A DNA stretch of 64,000 nucleotides from Marsupella aquatica (Eukaryota; Plantae; Marchantiophyta). The DNA is taken from assembly GCA_973895155.1 (NCBI GenBank), contig OZ316897.1, forward strand, positions 12,647,375-12,711,374, written 5' to 3'. The notes beneath the pieces are model-generated. The model was not told the origin of the DNA and searched no databases. It saw only the letters and a program-made list of their open reading frames with translations. Below, piece by piece: positions 1-13,337 of this stretch; position 1 is the first letter of the stretch; every line of letters starts with the position of its first letter. Made by a program: the position numbers and the translations under genes.

Positions 1-1729
1 TCTCGATCAATGGCACTTCTCTTGTCCCAATCAGCCTTCCTGGCTGCCCACCTCAGGACTTGCTCTCTGGTGACCCTCTGTGGTGGGCCACGAAGTTCTG
101 TTTTGTTGTTGAAGTGTGCAATTTGAGACCGTGTGTGCCTGTAAGGATGATCAACAGGCAGATACCTTCTATGCCCCTGAAATTTCATACTGTGCAGGGC
201 ATGCGACCACTCACTTGTCACATTTTTCCCACATGGTGTGCACCCCACATAGCCCTTTGTCACTCGTCCAGATATGATGCCATGGCCTGGGTAATCTGCT
301 ATATCCAGCAAACAAATTGCATGCAGTCTAAAGGGGCTGGGTCGAAGAAGCCCCTTCAGAACATCATGGGTTAACACCCCTTCTATCCACAAAGTCTTCC
401 ACTCTTCCACTGCTGGAGCCAACATGATATCTATGAATTGCTCGGTCACAGAAGCTGGTCCAGGGATTAACAGCACCATCATGACAAAAAACCTCTTTGT
501 AGTCATCCATGGGGGAAGGTTGTAATTTAGCAGCGTAACCGGCCAACATGAATAACGGTTGTTTTTGTCTCCAAATGGGTTTACTCCATCCAGTGATAGA
601 CCAAATCTAAAGTTCCGCTTCTCTGCAGCAAACTGTGGCCACCTCTCATCAACAAATTTCCAATGGTTGGAATCTCCAATGTGACGTTGCAGGCCATCAC
701 TGCTCTTGTTATCAGGAGTCCATGTCATCAGCTTGGAAATGGCAGGGCATCTAAACAGACGTTGTAGTCTAGGAATGAGAGGAAAATGATGAAGAACCTT
801 GGCAGGGTGTGTACATTTCCCTACATTCTTGTACCTGTGCTTACCACAATGAGGGCATGTCAATTTATCTGCATGCTCTTTGCGAAAGAGAACACACCCA
901 TCAGGGCATGCGTCAATAGACACATAGTTCAGCCCAAGGTTAGACATCAGTTTCCTAGCCTCGTACATATTTTTTGGAATTGAATTACCATCTGGTAACA
1001 CATTTCGGCGCAGGAAGGTCAACAACTCTGTCACAAATATATTGGGAACATTGTGATTGCCACAGATGTTCAACAACAACACGACAAAACCCAGCTTGGA
1101 GCAGTTCGACCCCTCGTAGATAGGAATGCAAGCTTCTTTGATGTGTTTTGGGCCCCCAAACACCCACTCCCTCTTTGCTGCACCTTCCCCAATGTCAAAG
1201 TCAGGTTCAGCTTGGCCGTCGCCAATGTGTGGCTGCGGTTCATTGTCCTCTTCTGATTCCACTGTGTCGTAAAAAGCATCAAGGTCTTCAAAAATCTCTT
1301 GAACCATTCTTGGGACATCCATCCCACCGTCCTCTGTGACTGCCTCTCCATCTCCATCTTGGTCATCCACGTTCTCATGTTGGACCCCAGGACCATCCTC
1401 TGCACAGTCTATGTCCTGCTCTACATAGTCTCTACGCCTAGCTGTATTAGAATCCACAAAGTCAGCTCTCCACTCTTCATCAGAGGAGTCTTCTTCTGCT
1501 GGTACATTCCAAACCCTCCACCGAGGTGCCTTTCATGCCGCAGCAGGTGAAGGTGCACATTGTTTAAACTCAACGACTTGAATCCTTGGCACTGTGTGCA
1601 TGGGCATCTCATCCTCCTACTCCTACCTTGGGCGGCCCGGGCTTGTTCACGCATCCACAATTTAGAATCATGATGCCTAATCCTAAATGGGTTGTGAAGA
1701 GGCAACCTTGGAGCCATCACTATACACAC
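1..1729 (-). pseudogene. CACTA TnpD/TNP2 transposase (Transposase_21 family), disrupted, runs off the window
   Basis: Minus-strand translation across frames: CPCTQC...VHLHL (transposase-associated domain), LGLNYVSIDACPDGCVLF...CPHCGKHRY, FPLIPRLQRLF, DGVNPF, SCWPVTLLNYNLPPW, LLIPGP, HRRYLPVDHPYR. Contains frameshifts and stops. Confidence 0.9.
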
Positions 1730-2043
1730 GCACTCAGCACCCTGTCATTTTATTATGCAAGTGAAAAATACACTTCCTGTTAAGGATTTCACCCCCGACT
1801 GTACTTGCCAAAATACGTAACATTCCAAAAAAACAAAAAAACAAAAAATATAGGTGCCTGAGTCATGTACCTATTCTCAAGTGAATGAGACAAAATTCCT
1901 AAATGTTTGAGGGTGTCAACTCCTCCGCTGTCCTCACATGTACTGCCTGTGCACGTACATCCATGACCATATCAGAGTCCAATCATGTATAGTCATAGAC
2001 ACAGGTGCCAGGTGCGAGACCGGTGTGAGATGTCCTCATCTTA

Positions 2044-2613
2044 CTACCACATCAAATACGGATACCAATTCTGTTGTCGATGCCACTCAGCCCTGAGGTA
2101 CTCAGGCATGTACATTAAGTCATCAAGGTCTAAACCCTGCTCATGCCATGGTGGTCTTCGATCCGTGCCTACAAGCAGTGGCAGCAGTGCCCTCCATGGT
2201 GCACATGTTGCTACCAAGTCCCTCCACTGGGTACTAATTAGTCTATATTTGCAGATATCTTGTGCGCCAGACACCACAAGAACCCTCGGCCAGACATGTG
2301 CAAGAACTATATCATCTGCCAAATCAGGCAACAAGAAACCACCTACAGCATCGTGCTTGTCTAACTCATCTGCTGAAAAGTAAATATCCTCTTCCGACTG
2401 TGCATCCTCATTCACCACAGCATTCACAACACATCCAAGGTCTGCAGGCATTATCTCGAATGGAGCTACACTCTGTCTGGTTACCAATCCACACAAGTAA
2501 GCCCAAGCAGTAGCCATGCACGATGCAACCTGTAGGAGGACCCTACATAGGGCCTGACGGTCTGGAAGAGGCAGCATACCCACCAAAATCTTCAGCCAAA
2601 CAGAGCCCAGCAA
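2044..2613 (-). CDS. CACTA-borne ORF with an F-box-like motif
   Basis: LPDLADDIVLAHVWPRV...YRLISTQWRDLV resembles the F-box consensus (LP.D....I...L......R.V...W..L). Start codon and splicing are uncertain. Confidence 0.45.
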   Translation of the reverse strand: MLGSVWLKILVGMLPLPDRQALCRVLLQVASCMATAWAYLCGLVTRQSVAPFEIMPADLGCVVNAVVNEDAQSEEDIYFSADELDKHDAVGGFLLPDLADDIVLAHVWPRVLVVSGAQDICKYRLISTQWRDLVATCAPWRALLPLLVGTDRRPPWHEQGLDLDDLMYMPEYLRAEWHRQQNWYPYLMW

Positions 2614-2837
2614 GTAGATTCACAGTCACACCCCACGCAGCAGGAAACAACAATCACTTCAACTGCGACCAACCATGACAAGATGAGTTAGTTCAAGGAT
2701 CACATTTATTACAAAATTGTGATTTATACAAAAATATGAGGGACTCCTACTCCTCACTCTCTCCCACCTTTGCTAAGCATACATCTCCGCTGAATCTTGG
2801 AGGGCCAGGCCTCAAAAATATCAAAGTCCCAAGCATT

Positions 2838-3617
2838 CTATCGCTTCCCTCTAGCTGCTGATTCCAGAAGCCAATCAGGGGAAAGCACCCAAAGATTGTT
2901 GTTCATGACAAAATCACGCACTGTTGTCTTAAAGAATTTTCTGCATATTTTCATGTATGACAGACCTACAACATGAGTGGAGGTTTCTGTTAGACTCTCC
3001 TCCACTGTCCCACCTAGCTCAACAACTATAGACTTGTACAATCTGCACTTAGTCTCCCCAATTCCTTCTTCTGCAAATACCACACTGAACCCCTTCATAA
3101 TGGTATTTCTCTCCTTGCCATGCTCATTCAATATAGCATCTGCACGCATAGGATGGTGTCCTATGTTGACAACAGGTCCATATTGGACAGAAGCAAAGTT
3201 GGGTTTCTCTGCCGCTGCTTCATAGGCTTCCTTTTCAGCCAAAGCCTCTGCAGTGGCCTCCTCACTCTCCCACAACTCATATTGCTCAGTACTCTGTACA
3301 CACCTATGTTTAACAGAATCGGTCAGCCAAGAGACTTCAACTACTTTTAGACCTTGGTTGGTAATGGCAGAATCAATGAAGGACCATGACCAGTTGTTCA
3401 TCACATCCAGCCATGTCCCCGCAACAACATGTGTAGTCTGTGGAGTGATGTCCTTGACTTCAGCCCCATGGAACTCTGAGAATCGTTTTTGTACGATTGG
3501 CCAACTCACTTGGGTGAACCCATAGTGGCCAGGAATCAAAATGGCTTTGATTCCAGCCAACAGAGGCGGGTGGTCAACCTTTGTACGTTTCCTAGAGGCC
3601 ATGTACACACGGGCCAC
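2838..3617 (-). CDS. Tandem BRCT-domain protein (CACTA cargo); possibly ends in a premature stop
   Basis: Two BRCT-like repeats: HGAEVKDITPQTTHVV...VVEVSWLTDSV and LGGTVEESLTETSTHVV...VLSPDWLLES (GG/THVV/W..[DE]S signature). Confidence 0.75.
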   Translation of the reverse strand: MARVYMASRKRTKVDHPPLLAGIKAILIPGHYGFTQVSWPIVQKRFSEFHGAEVKDITPQTTHVVAGTWLDVMNNWSWSFIDSAITNQGLKVVEVSWLTDSVKHRCVQSTEQYELWESEEATAEALAEKEAYEAAAEKPNFASVQYGPVVNIGHHPMRADAILNEHGKERNTIMKGFSVVFAEEGIGETKCRLYKSIVVELGGTVEESLTETSTHVVGLSYMKICRKFFKTTVRDFVMNNNLWVLSPDWLLESAARGKR

Positions 3618-4200
3618 CTAATCACTGCAGACCGGAAGATAATGCGTTCACCTGATAATCGGAGGGCCATTAAAATGCTGCGTTTATAACTTGGTCCAGT
3701 CCAGTCGTCTGGTGAGTCTCTGCTCCGATTCCAAACGGGAGAAATATTGGGACAAACGTACTAGACACCTGCAAGCATGCACCTCATAGTTTGAATATGT
3801 GCCTTGACAATATTGAAGGTGACAAGTGCAATTGTTTTGTGATGCCACATACAGATGTTGTAAATGGGCAGACATTCAATGAGAATAGAAAATGTTGGTA
3901 CACTTTAAGGAAATTCTCGCAAATTAAATAGCCTTGTAACTTATATGCTCATAATGAGAAGTCCTGATTTAATTTAAGCAGTGTCATGTAAGTCGTGATC
4001 AAAATGATTGCAGAGTTAAAAAAGTTCCTAGAAGGCTTAAGGGGAGTTTTTGAAGGCATGTACCCAGGAACAAGTAATGAACTTAGGGTACTTGTTGCCT
4101 AAGCATCCTCTCCTACAGAGGTCCTTCTTCTCAAAATTGGAATGTCTGCAATCTCCAAGGTATCCACATCAGGTGCACTATGCATGTACATTATTCAGGT

Positions 4201-4881
4201 TCAAAGCCAAGAAATGTGATCTCTCATGGGAGTGTGCAAAGTAGGATCTATGGCATGGCGATGACAATAGAAGATCCATTGATCAACACCATGTGCAGAG
4301 TGATGATAGATGTGTCTGTCACAAGCATAGCCTTCTGCTTGACGCTCCTTCAAACAATGAAAGTGCCACATGGTGGGACACCTAACACAGTGGACTATGT
4401 CCACCCAGAAATCTTCATCGTGCTGACCACATGCCTTGCACTTATGAAGTGGGCAAGCTGTGGCAAGATCGGGCAAACATGAAAAACAAAAGAACCTCAC
4501 ACAATATCTGTCAGGGCATTTCCTAACAAGTGGTGGAGCATCAACAGAGCCCTCATAAGACCCCAACTTCCCACACTGTGCACACTTAGCCTGCTTCTCC
4601 AAACAATCAGTGCACATCCAGCCTCCCTGGTGTGCTGACGGGAGGCCCACCCCTGGACAGTTGTTTTCTGCAGCAAGGTCAGACTCCGGGTTGAGGTGGA
4701 AATGCCTCATGCAAGGGCCCTCACATATGGCTAAGCCACCACCATCGTCACAAATGGCACAACAATGAGCTGCCTTCTGGAAAATCTGACTTGCGGAGAA
4801 GTTACTACCATCTGGCCCAACTACACCTGTGTTGCTCACCTCTGTCCCCCGCTTCTTGGCTCGGATTTTAGGGCGTGCCAT
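4201..4881 (-). CDS. EDM2/NSD-type PHD-finger cluster protein (CACTA cargo)
   Basis: Intact 226-aa ORF: CAICDDGGGLAICEGPCMRHFH...C...WMCTDC...CAQCGKL...CPLHKCKACG...CVRCPTMWHFHCL...IFYCHRHAIDPTLHTPMRDHI. Spacing and tail match the PHD region of plant EDM2 as I recall it. Confidence 0.8.
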   Translation of the reverse strand: MARPKIRAKKRGTEVSNTGVVGPDGSNFSASQIFQKAAHCCAICDDGGGLAICEGPCMRHFHLNPESDLAAENNCPGVGLPSAHQGGWMCTDCLEKQAKCAQCGKLGSYEGSVDAPPLVRKCPDRYCVRFFCFSCLPDLATACPLHKCKACGQHDEDFWVDIVHCVRCPTMWHFHCLKERQAEGYACDRHIYHHSAHGVDQWIFYCHRHAIDPTLHTPMRDHISWL

Positions 4882-7542
4882 GCCTACGCCTGAGACAGAT
4901 AGTACAATTTAGTAGAGTGCACAGACAATACAATTTAGTGCAGTGTACAAAAAGTACAATGTAGCATATAGACTAGAGTGGCAATTGCTACTGCAATGAA
5001 ATGTTCACACACATGTGCAGAGTAGACATACTTTTTGGTTTATTGAGCCCACACTAAAAACTAATCCCCTCGTACAATAGCTCCACCTACACCTCAATTT
5101 TGTGGCTATGATTCACCAAAGGAGATCTGCAACAAGATTTAATGCATTTGAATCACATATAACAGTCGTGACATGTAAAACAGGCATTTTTTGAACAGGA
5201 TTGGTATCAAGCAGTGTGATCAGGGTTGTAATTTATACATCCTAAATAGGCTATGATAGTGAATGAGACAAATAAGTTAGGCATAAATCAATTTTTCCAG
5301 GTTATCACATGGCCCATTAATTCCAGTCTTTGAAAGGAGACTTTTAAGTGAGCTTGCTAGCCTCTTAAATTAGGATATTGTACTTAGTGCAGCCATAATA
5401 GGATAAGTTATGTACTGTTGACCGTAAACCCTGGACCCAAAATTGCTCATAATTCAAAATCTTAAGTAAATATCCTCTCTGTTCAAGTCAAAGTGTTAAG
5501 TTATAGGTCAATGGTCTCTGGTCTGTGCATGTGGTGTGACAAGTGGTCTTCTACAGCGTGTGATCCAAACATGTGTAGACACCAAAGTGACCGGTGGTGG
5601 GGTCTGGGAGGGCAGGACAAGTGACATCGCCAGGCACACTGCAGGATGGCGAGTGGTTCCAGATGATACATTGTGCTCTGTGAAAAAACCGACATCCAAG
5701 AGAACGGTCATCCAACTCTAGGCCAGAAGCCCTACAGGCAGGACAGTCATACTGGCAACTGTGCACACACCCTTGGGCCCTAATTTGTGGCGGGTCATGT
5801 ACGAGAGACAAAAATACCAAGGATGTTGGGAAGGGTGGAGAAGCAGGTACAGGGCGGCTGTAGTTATTCCTGGCAACAACTGGGTACTCAAAGTACCATG
5901 CAGACTGGGCTGGAAGGATCCCAAGTCTGACATACTCAAGGCGCAACATCTCTGCCTTGCGTGCAAGCCGCACATGTTCAGCATTGCGGGTCCTCACCAT
6001 AAGTGTTGCTTTTGTGGAGTGTCGTGTGTTCACGTCCTCTGATAAGCACCTTCGATCAGCAAGGTGAGCAGGAGCTGTACTTGCCTCACCAACAGCAACC
6101 AACCTTAAATTATCAGTTCCCACTCACTGTGTCATTCCATTGGTTCCAGCTAGGGGTCACAATGTAAACATAGCATGAAACACTCCTAATCAACTTGCTT
6201 ACAAACTACAATATCCAGAAAGAGTGAAAGTCTCACCCTCCAGTGAGCAGTAGAGAGGTAGTTCACTGGATGTGTTGATGTGCAGTTAAACCTCCACTAT
6301 TGCTTACTTCCGGTGTATGCTGCTCAGTCGGAGACATATTAGTAGCAGCAAATTGCAAATAATGGCCATAAGCAAACCGTGAGAGTTTGCAGAATGCTAC
6401 GACAACTATTCATCCATCACAACAGTGCTCCATAGGAATGAAACCAAGCAAAATTTGGTGACCTCGGCCAATGACAAGGCCAATGTAGTTCACAATCCTT
6501 GACCGATCAGGATATGGATTGGAATTACAATTAGTCAGCTCTTCTTCTTCTTTGTTTTCTAACTCTGGGGCAAATGAGCATGACCAGGGAATTCTCTGAG
6601 AAATAGAAGTGCACAGGGAAAATGAAATTGGCTCATTGAGTTGCGCAAGACCGCCCACTGCAGCATAAACAAACTCATGAAGTGGCAGAAAGGATAGCGT
6701 CGCCACAAGCGCAAAATCCCGACAGGTTTAAGCTGCAAAAAACTAACCCATCCAAATGTGATTGCAATGGTGTTGAGGTCGTCTATTCACCACCCCACTC
6801 CACCGTGGGAGCATTGGGCACAAGGCATGTTCGGATCCAGGGAGGAGCAAAATAGTCATGTGAAGCAACAAGTGTGGAGAGACCAATAAGTAAACAAAAA
6901 TAGGGAAGAACAATGCGGTGATCATGAGCAACAGGAAACAAGGAAGTTGATTTGGGAGGGATTGTAGGGACAGAGCTTTTGGTGGGCTTGGCTGCGCGTT
7001 TATATCGGAAGATAGATGCGAGAGAGTGTGAAGAGGGTGGCAACCAACAAAGGCAGTGGCAAGCAAGCAAGCAATACACGATGATAGCGGCAATCGGCAA
7101 TGGCGGTGGGAGGCAGCAATAGGCTAAATGACTATTCAGTACCAATCCGCAGCTCGTCCGATGAGAATGAGTGACATGAGGAAAATGCCAACACACTGAC
7201 CCACTACCAAGAAGAACGAAAACCAATCTCAACCACCCTCTATCATCAATGACAGGACATATATTCAAAAATCCAAGCTGCAATTGACGGAAACAATAAC
7301 ATAAACAGAATTCTGAACATAAACTGCTCATGAAGCTTTCGGGATCATATATTCCAAGAGCAAATGTGAACATGCCAATATATGAAAGCTCTGGCATATA
7401 GGGCATTGCATTCCATAGAGACGTCTGCACCAAAGAGCTTGGAAGCAATTGCCTATCTGCTGGAAGCAGGAAACATATATGTAAATCCCAAGCCCATACT
7501 ACATTGGAGATGATCAGCTCACTCAGACAGACATTGCATTTT

Positions 7543-7690
7543 GATTAACCAAATGTAGCAGGCTAGCAGAGGGACGAAGGATAGGGCCAACACTAATGCA
7601 CAGTAGTGAACAACTATGATTAACCAAATGTCAGTAGCAGGCCAGCAGAGGGACGGAGGATAGGGCCAACACTAATGCGCAGCTGTGAAA
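7543..7690 (+). repeat. Tandem duplication, 2 x about 75 bp
   Basis: GATTAACCAAATG...GTAGCAGGCYAGCAGAGGGACG..GATAGGGCCAACACTAATGC occurs twice in a row. Confidence 0.7.
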
Positions 7691-10203
7691 GACTGACAAA
7701 TAGAAAGCAAACGAGAGCTTCAAATATAGAACATCAAACCTTCAGCAGCGGTCAATGGGCTTTGATTTACAGGTCGCCTGGCTTGGTCCCTTGTCGCAGC
7801 TCGCCCAGCTCCACAACACCGTAGACAAGGAGTTGGCTGGTCCAATTTCCACCATGCAGCGTTAGCAAAACTGCAATGCTTGATCTTCGCCCTCCGCCCT
7901 TTGCCCGAACCCCAAAATAGACCTCAAAGTAGAAAGCCAGCAAAGGGTTGAGCAGAAATCCCTAGAAAATCCCGCCTCTAAAGTCCATTGCTCGTGGTTA
8001 CAAATGATGGCAACAGAACATTCGGGCAACCCAACAGTTGAACTGACCTCAATCACACCTGCACCTGGTTGGCAGCTCCGCAGACACTAATTGTAGCTCT
8101 AGTTGAAGACATCATTTGAACAGCAAATCAGTCACAGCTCATGAATCCGTTCAGACTAGCATCATGGGTACTACGTCGGAGCACTGCGCAAGAAGCCAGG
8201 AAAAAACTGCAAACATGGGGACCCACAGGCAAGAAATCTGGACCTCCGACACAATCTGGAAATCCTTTCGCAAACAACTGGCCCTCTCCTCAACAACTTG
8301 CGATGGTAGTAGCTCGCAATGGTAGCAGCTCGCGATAGTAGCTCCCTTCAACAAGCTTGGTAGTGCGATAGGAGCAACAACTTACAGAGAAGACAATGAC
8401 CTCCCCTATGAGACTGATTGAAAGACCTCAATACAATTACTGAAGCAGGGATACAGAACGGGGAGAAGCCTTTCGCAGTTTGGGACGGCGAGAAGTGTGA
8501 ACACTTAGGGCAGGGCCCGCAGGAAGGTCACTCAGTCCGAATGAGCCACAAGCTTATCGCCCAAAACCACGCAAACCTGAAGTTGAAATTAGCACTATGA
8601 GGTAGCAAGCTACAAAATAGCATTTCCCACATTCTTAATGCATGGCATCGGAGCTCATTCCGCCTAGAAAACCAAAGCCACTACCAAAACTAACTTGCAA
8701 ATGGAAGTTTGGACTAACCAGGGTGATTCAGGGCAGTTCAATGTCACTATGGCAGGTGCATTGCTGCTCGTAGCTGCAATGTACCTTAGCGCTCCCGGTC
8801 CCTCCACGGCTGCAACTTCCCAAGACCGGTCGGTCCCAGCCAGTCAGTCTTCTCTGAATCTTGGTGCGCCCACGTTGTCTCAATCCGAAGCTGTCAGCTC
8901 TCAGGCAGGAGACAAATCTCCGCTTGCCTTCGCGCCAAAAGCTGTCACTGGCCTCAAGAGCCTCTAAGGCAATATCCGCAACGCCTCAATGTCTCCAACA
9001 CCTCAATGTCCTTACCATCAAGCGCTTCTCAGGGATGCCTCAATGTCCTTACCACCTCACGACTGTCAAGGTCCCAAACCAGCGCAAACCACTTGCTGAA
9101 CTCCTTTGTCCAAACAATTGTAAGGGGCATGCAGGTAGAACTGTCAAAAGCGCTCGCAGGAGTGGATGGCAACAATTGACTACAATCGCCTCCCAGCTTC
9201 CCTCGCAAAATGTTAACCCTAAACCCTACTCGTATGCTCCACTCATAGAAGCAAAGCACAATGTTCTGTCGCACAATGGGGCCCGAACACAGGGGCGCAA
9301 GTACTCGATAGTTCCCTTCACAAAAACCCAATAATCACCTGATGACCAAAGCACACTCACCCTAACCCAATACTTAGTGCAAGCAGTCATGTAAGCTCGT
9401 TTCTGTTGAGGTGACCCGTTGAGCATAATAAGTACGTTTGCGCCAGAGTGTTAGGCAACACACAAAACTAAAGAGGGTTAAGGATAACTTTAAATAAATC
9501 CCTTTGGTGACAAAGTCATGGCCACTTAATTAGTTGTGGGCCCCCTAACCCTCCCCCCCCCCTTGTGGAATTAATCTTGGATCAAAAGGCACCATCATTT
9601 ACACTCAAATCAATCAAGTTGTGGACTGTTCATTGTGTCAATTAGTGCCCATGACCCTGTCAAAACAACACTAGTTGGCAATGCGGAATATATCATGGTG
9701 TGGGAGTTGTACCTAGCTAGGGTTATAGTGATGCATTAGTTCCGATTCCGGTTAGAAACCACCCTAAGCCCTCTAGTACAATTGTACCCTAAGTTATGAA
9801 AAGTACCCGTTACATGGATATTTACGATGCAATGTTAGTTAAGGTTGGTGATATATAGAAGGCATGTCCTTAAGCACTTAGACCCAAAAGTAGCATGTCG
9901 CCCAGTCCTTCTTAAGTATACTCTTATCATGAACCCTTGTAAGACTTTGTATTAAACTAGTCTTTGTGTGGACCTTTAGAGTGATTCCAAGAACAAAACC
10001 CATGATGTCCTAGAGTGTTCACCCTTCACAAAGTAGCAAGGTTACTTTTCATAGTCTTTAACTAAACCGGAAAACACTCAAAGTCTTTTATAGTCTTTAA
10101 CAAAACCTTGGCAATGGGTGCAAGTCATTTAAAGTATGGAAGAAGGACTTAGTGGACTTAGTCCTATAAGGTATGGTCTAAATTACCCCAGTTTCTACTA
10201 GTG

Positions 10204-13133
10204 TGATGGTATTCTTCAAGTGTCAACCGGAGGCAAGGTTGTCATGAAGGGTAAGCGGCACAGGAATCTATACCTGTTGGAGGGCAACGTGATTTGTGAA
10301 GAAGCCAATGTAACTAGATCTCAATGCGAGATGACTCAGTTGTGGCACTGCAGATTGGGACACATGAGTGAAAAGGGTTTGGCGGTACTTCGCAGGCAAG
10401 GACTTCTTTCTAATTTGGAATCTACTAAGCTAGATTTTTGTGAACACTGTGTGCTTGGGAAGCAGCACAGGAGAACCTTTGGTGTTGGAACTCACAATAC
10501 CAAAGCTATACTTGAGTATGTACATAGTGATGTGTGGGGTCCAGCCCCAACTCCCTCACTTTCTGGAAAATTGTACTATGTCACGTTCATTGATGATTAC
10601 TCACGGTATGTGTGGATCACATTTCTACACGCCAAGTCTGAAGTTTTTGGCACTTTTAAGAAGTGGAAAGCCCAAATTGAGAATCAGACTGGCTCCAAGG
10701 TGAGATATCTGCGATCAGATAACGGCGGGGAGTATAGTTCAAGTGAATTTGAACTATATTATGCAGAGCAAGGGATTACTCGTCATCTCACGACAGTTTA
10801 TACTCCTCAACAAAATGGTGTTTGTGAGCGGCTAAACCGAACACTATTGGAGCGATCAAGGAGTATGTTGAGCCAATCAGGTTTACCGTATGAATTTTGG
10901 GCTGAAGCTATAAATACGGCAGCTTATTTGGTAAATCTTTCTCCTTCAAGTGCAATCAATTTCAAGACCCCGTTTGAAATGAGGTATGGACGGCACGCAG
11001 ACTATCAGGTTTTGAGAGTCTTTGGAAGTGATGCATATGCTCTCACACCTAAGCATAATCGATCTAAACTAGATTCTACTTCCAAGAAGTGTCTTTTTCT
11101 TGGTTATCAACCAGGTGTGAAAGGTTACAGGCTATGGGATCCAGAAGCTTGTACGTTGCTTGTCAGTAGAGATGTATCCTTTAATGAATCCAGATCATCA
11201 AAGGAGGGGGAGAATGCTCAAGCTTCCCGTACTGACAAAGGTAAATCTCCTATCCTGGACCATGTTGTGGGGGAGATTGGTCATGAGAGTTTTCATGACA
11301 TAAATGAAGGAGGTGCTCCGAGAATGGAGCTGGTTCTGGTAATGGAACAAGAGGAGCAGGCTGTTGATGGAATACCTCAAATTCAACCAACAGAACAAGA
11401 TCAACCAGAATCATCAGCTATAAAATCGAGACGTACTACTCGAGCTCCTACAAGGTATGGACAATGGACAGATTCATCAAGGTTAGATGATGTTGACATT
11501 GCACCTGATGATGATGACAGAGCACTGATCTTGGAAGAAGGAGAACCTTCTTCTTATCATGAGGCGTGCATTTCAGACGAGAAAGATGAATGGAATGCAG
11601 CGATGCAGAGGGAGTTGCAATCTTTAAGTTACAATAGAACATGGGAGCTGGTGCAACTGCCAAGTGATCAACAAGTGGTGGATAGCAAGTGGATTTACAA
11701 GCTGAAGGACAACTCTTCAGATGGAGGAGACAAGATATACAAGGCAAGGCTTGTTGCCAAGGGATTCACTCAAGAGAAGGGAGTGGATTACAATGAGGTC
11801 TTCTCTCCAGTTGCCAAGTATTCCACGATACGAATTTTGTGTCAACTTGTTGTGTTTTTTGATCTGGTGTTAGATCAAATGGATGTTGTTACTGCTTTTC
11901 TCTATGGCACCTAGCTTGGAGGAACAAATTTTCATGAGGCAACCACTGGGCTTTGTGAAGAAGGGCCAAGAGAGTTTAGTTTGCAGGTTACTTAAGTCCT
12001 TGTATGGATTGAAGCAAGCTCCTCGGCAGTGGAACAAGCGGTTCGATGATTTCATGCTTGCACAAGGATTCACTAGGATGGTGTATGACCCTTGTGTGTA
12101 TACGAAATCAGTCAAGAATGGTGTGTTTGGTTTGCTCATTCTGGTGCTCTATGTGGATGACATGTTGATTGTGGCTAAGGATCAAACTAAGGTTGACAAA
12201 CTCAAAGCAAAATTGAGTTCTGAATTCCGAATGAAGGATCTTGGGAAAGCCAAGAGGATCTTAGGTATGGAGATTACGAGGAACTTTGAAACTGGACAGT
12301 TGTGGTTGAATCAAGGCAAGTATGCTGAAAAGGTACTTGCAAGATTCAACATGGAAAATTGTAAGCCAGTAAGTATTCCTTTGGCTCCACATTTCAAGTT
12401 ATCATCGGCTTTCTGCCCCACGGATCTAGTGGAGAGAGGTTTGATGACTAAGGTTCCATATGAGAAGGCAGTGGGCAGTCTAATGTATTTGATGACATGT
12501 ACCAGGCCTGATCTAGCCCTAGCAATGGGCAAAGTGAGTAGATTCATGTCAAATCCAGGGAAGGTACATTGGGAGGCTGTGAAATGGATTCTCAGGTATC
12601 TTAAGGGCACAATAGACTATGGTCTATTGTTTGATAGTAGATCAAACAAAACCAAATCTTTGGTTGGTTATGTAGATTCTGACTACGGAGGCTGTCTGGA
12701 AACAAGGAGGTCAACGACTGGGTATGTGTTTACTCTTGGAAGAGGATGCATAAGTTGGAGATCTACCTTGCAGAAGTGTGTATCTCAGTCTACTACAGAA
12801 GCAGAATATGTTGCAGCAGCAGAAGCAGCAAAGGAAGCAATTTGGTTGGATAAGCTGGTCACTGAGATGGGATTGGAGCATGGAAAAATGACTCTTCATT
12901 GTGACAGCCAAAGTGCGCTTCACCTAGCTATTAACCAGGTTATGGATAGCAGGGTGAAACACATTGACATCAGGTACCATTTTATTAGGCAAGCAGTGTC
13001 TGATAAAATGTTTGAGCTAGTCAAGATTGATGGAAAGCTCAACCCGGCTGATGCTTTTACCAAAGTGATTCCTTTGGAGAGTTACTCAAGACACCGTGCT
13101 ACTTTGCAAGTTTTGCATTTGCAGCACAAGTAG
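10204..13133 (+). pseudogene. Copia pol (GAG-pre-integrase, integrase, RT, RNase H) with one frameshift near 11910
   Basis: WHCRLGH, CEHC, VHSDVWGP, LRSDNGGEY, PQQNGVCER, KARLVAKGFTQ, QMDVVTAFL, SLYGLKQAPRQW, LYVDDML, STTEAEY, KHIDIRYHF. Split between ORFs 10220-11914 and 11883-13133. Confidence 0.95.
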
Positions 13134-13337
13134 AGTAACTTAACAATATGTAATTTCTGTATATGGGTTACTCAATCCTGTTATGGCTACGGCTTAATTC
13201 TAGTTAACCCTTAGCTAACCTTAAATGGTTTTTAGGGGGACACCTATGGTTTTAGGTGATTGTCTAGAATTTCCCGCTGAGTATCTCATATGTATAGCAG
13301 AAATTGCAGTCCCCAAGACTAGAGTCAAGGGGGAGTT

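Larger units (their letters stand above)
1..10203 (-). mobile_element. CACTA (En/Spm) DNA transposon A; one end lies left of the window; inserted in a Copia element
   Basis: 10192-10203 TTTCTACTAGTG is the reverse complement of CACTAGTAGAAA, a canonical plant CACTA terminus. Copia pol resumes immediately after it (DGILQVSTGGKVVMKG). A TnpD transposase lies inside at 1-1729. Confidence 0.85.

Noticed and set aside
5501-9430. Numerous short ORFs inside CACTA-A
   Set aside because: No recognisable motifs; some may be further cargo exons but I cannot support a call.
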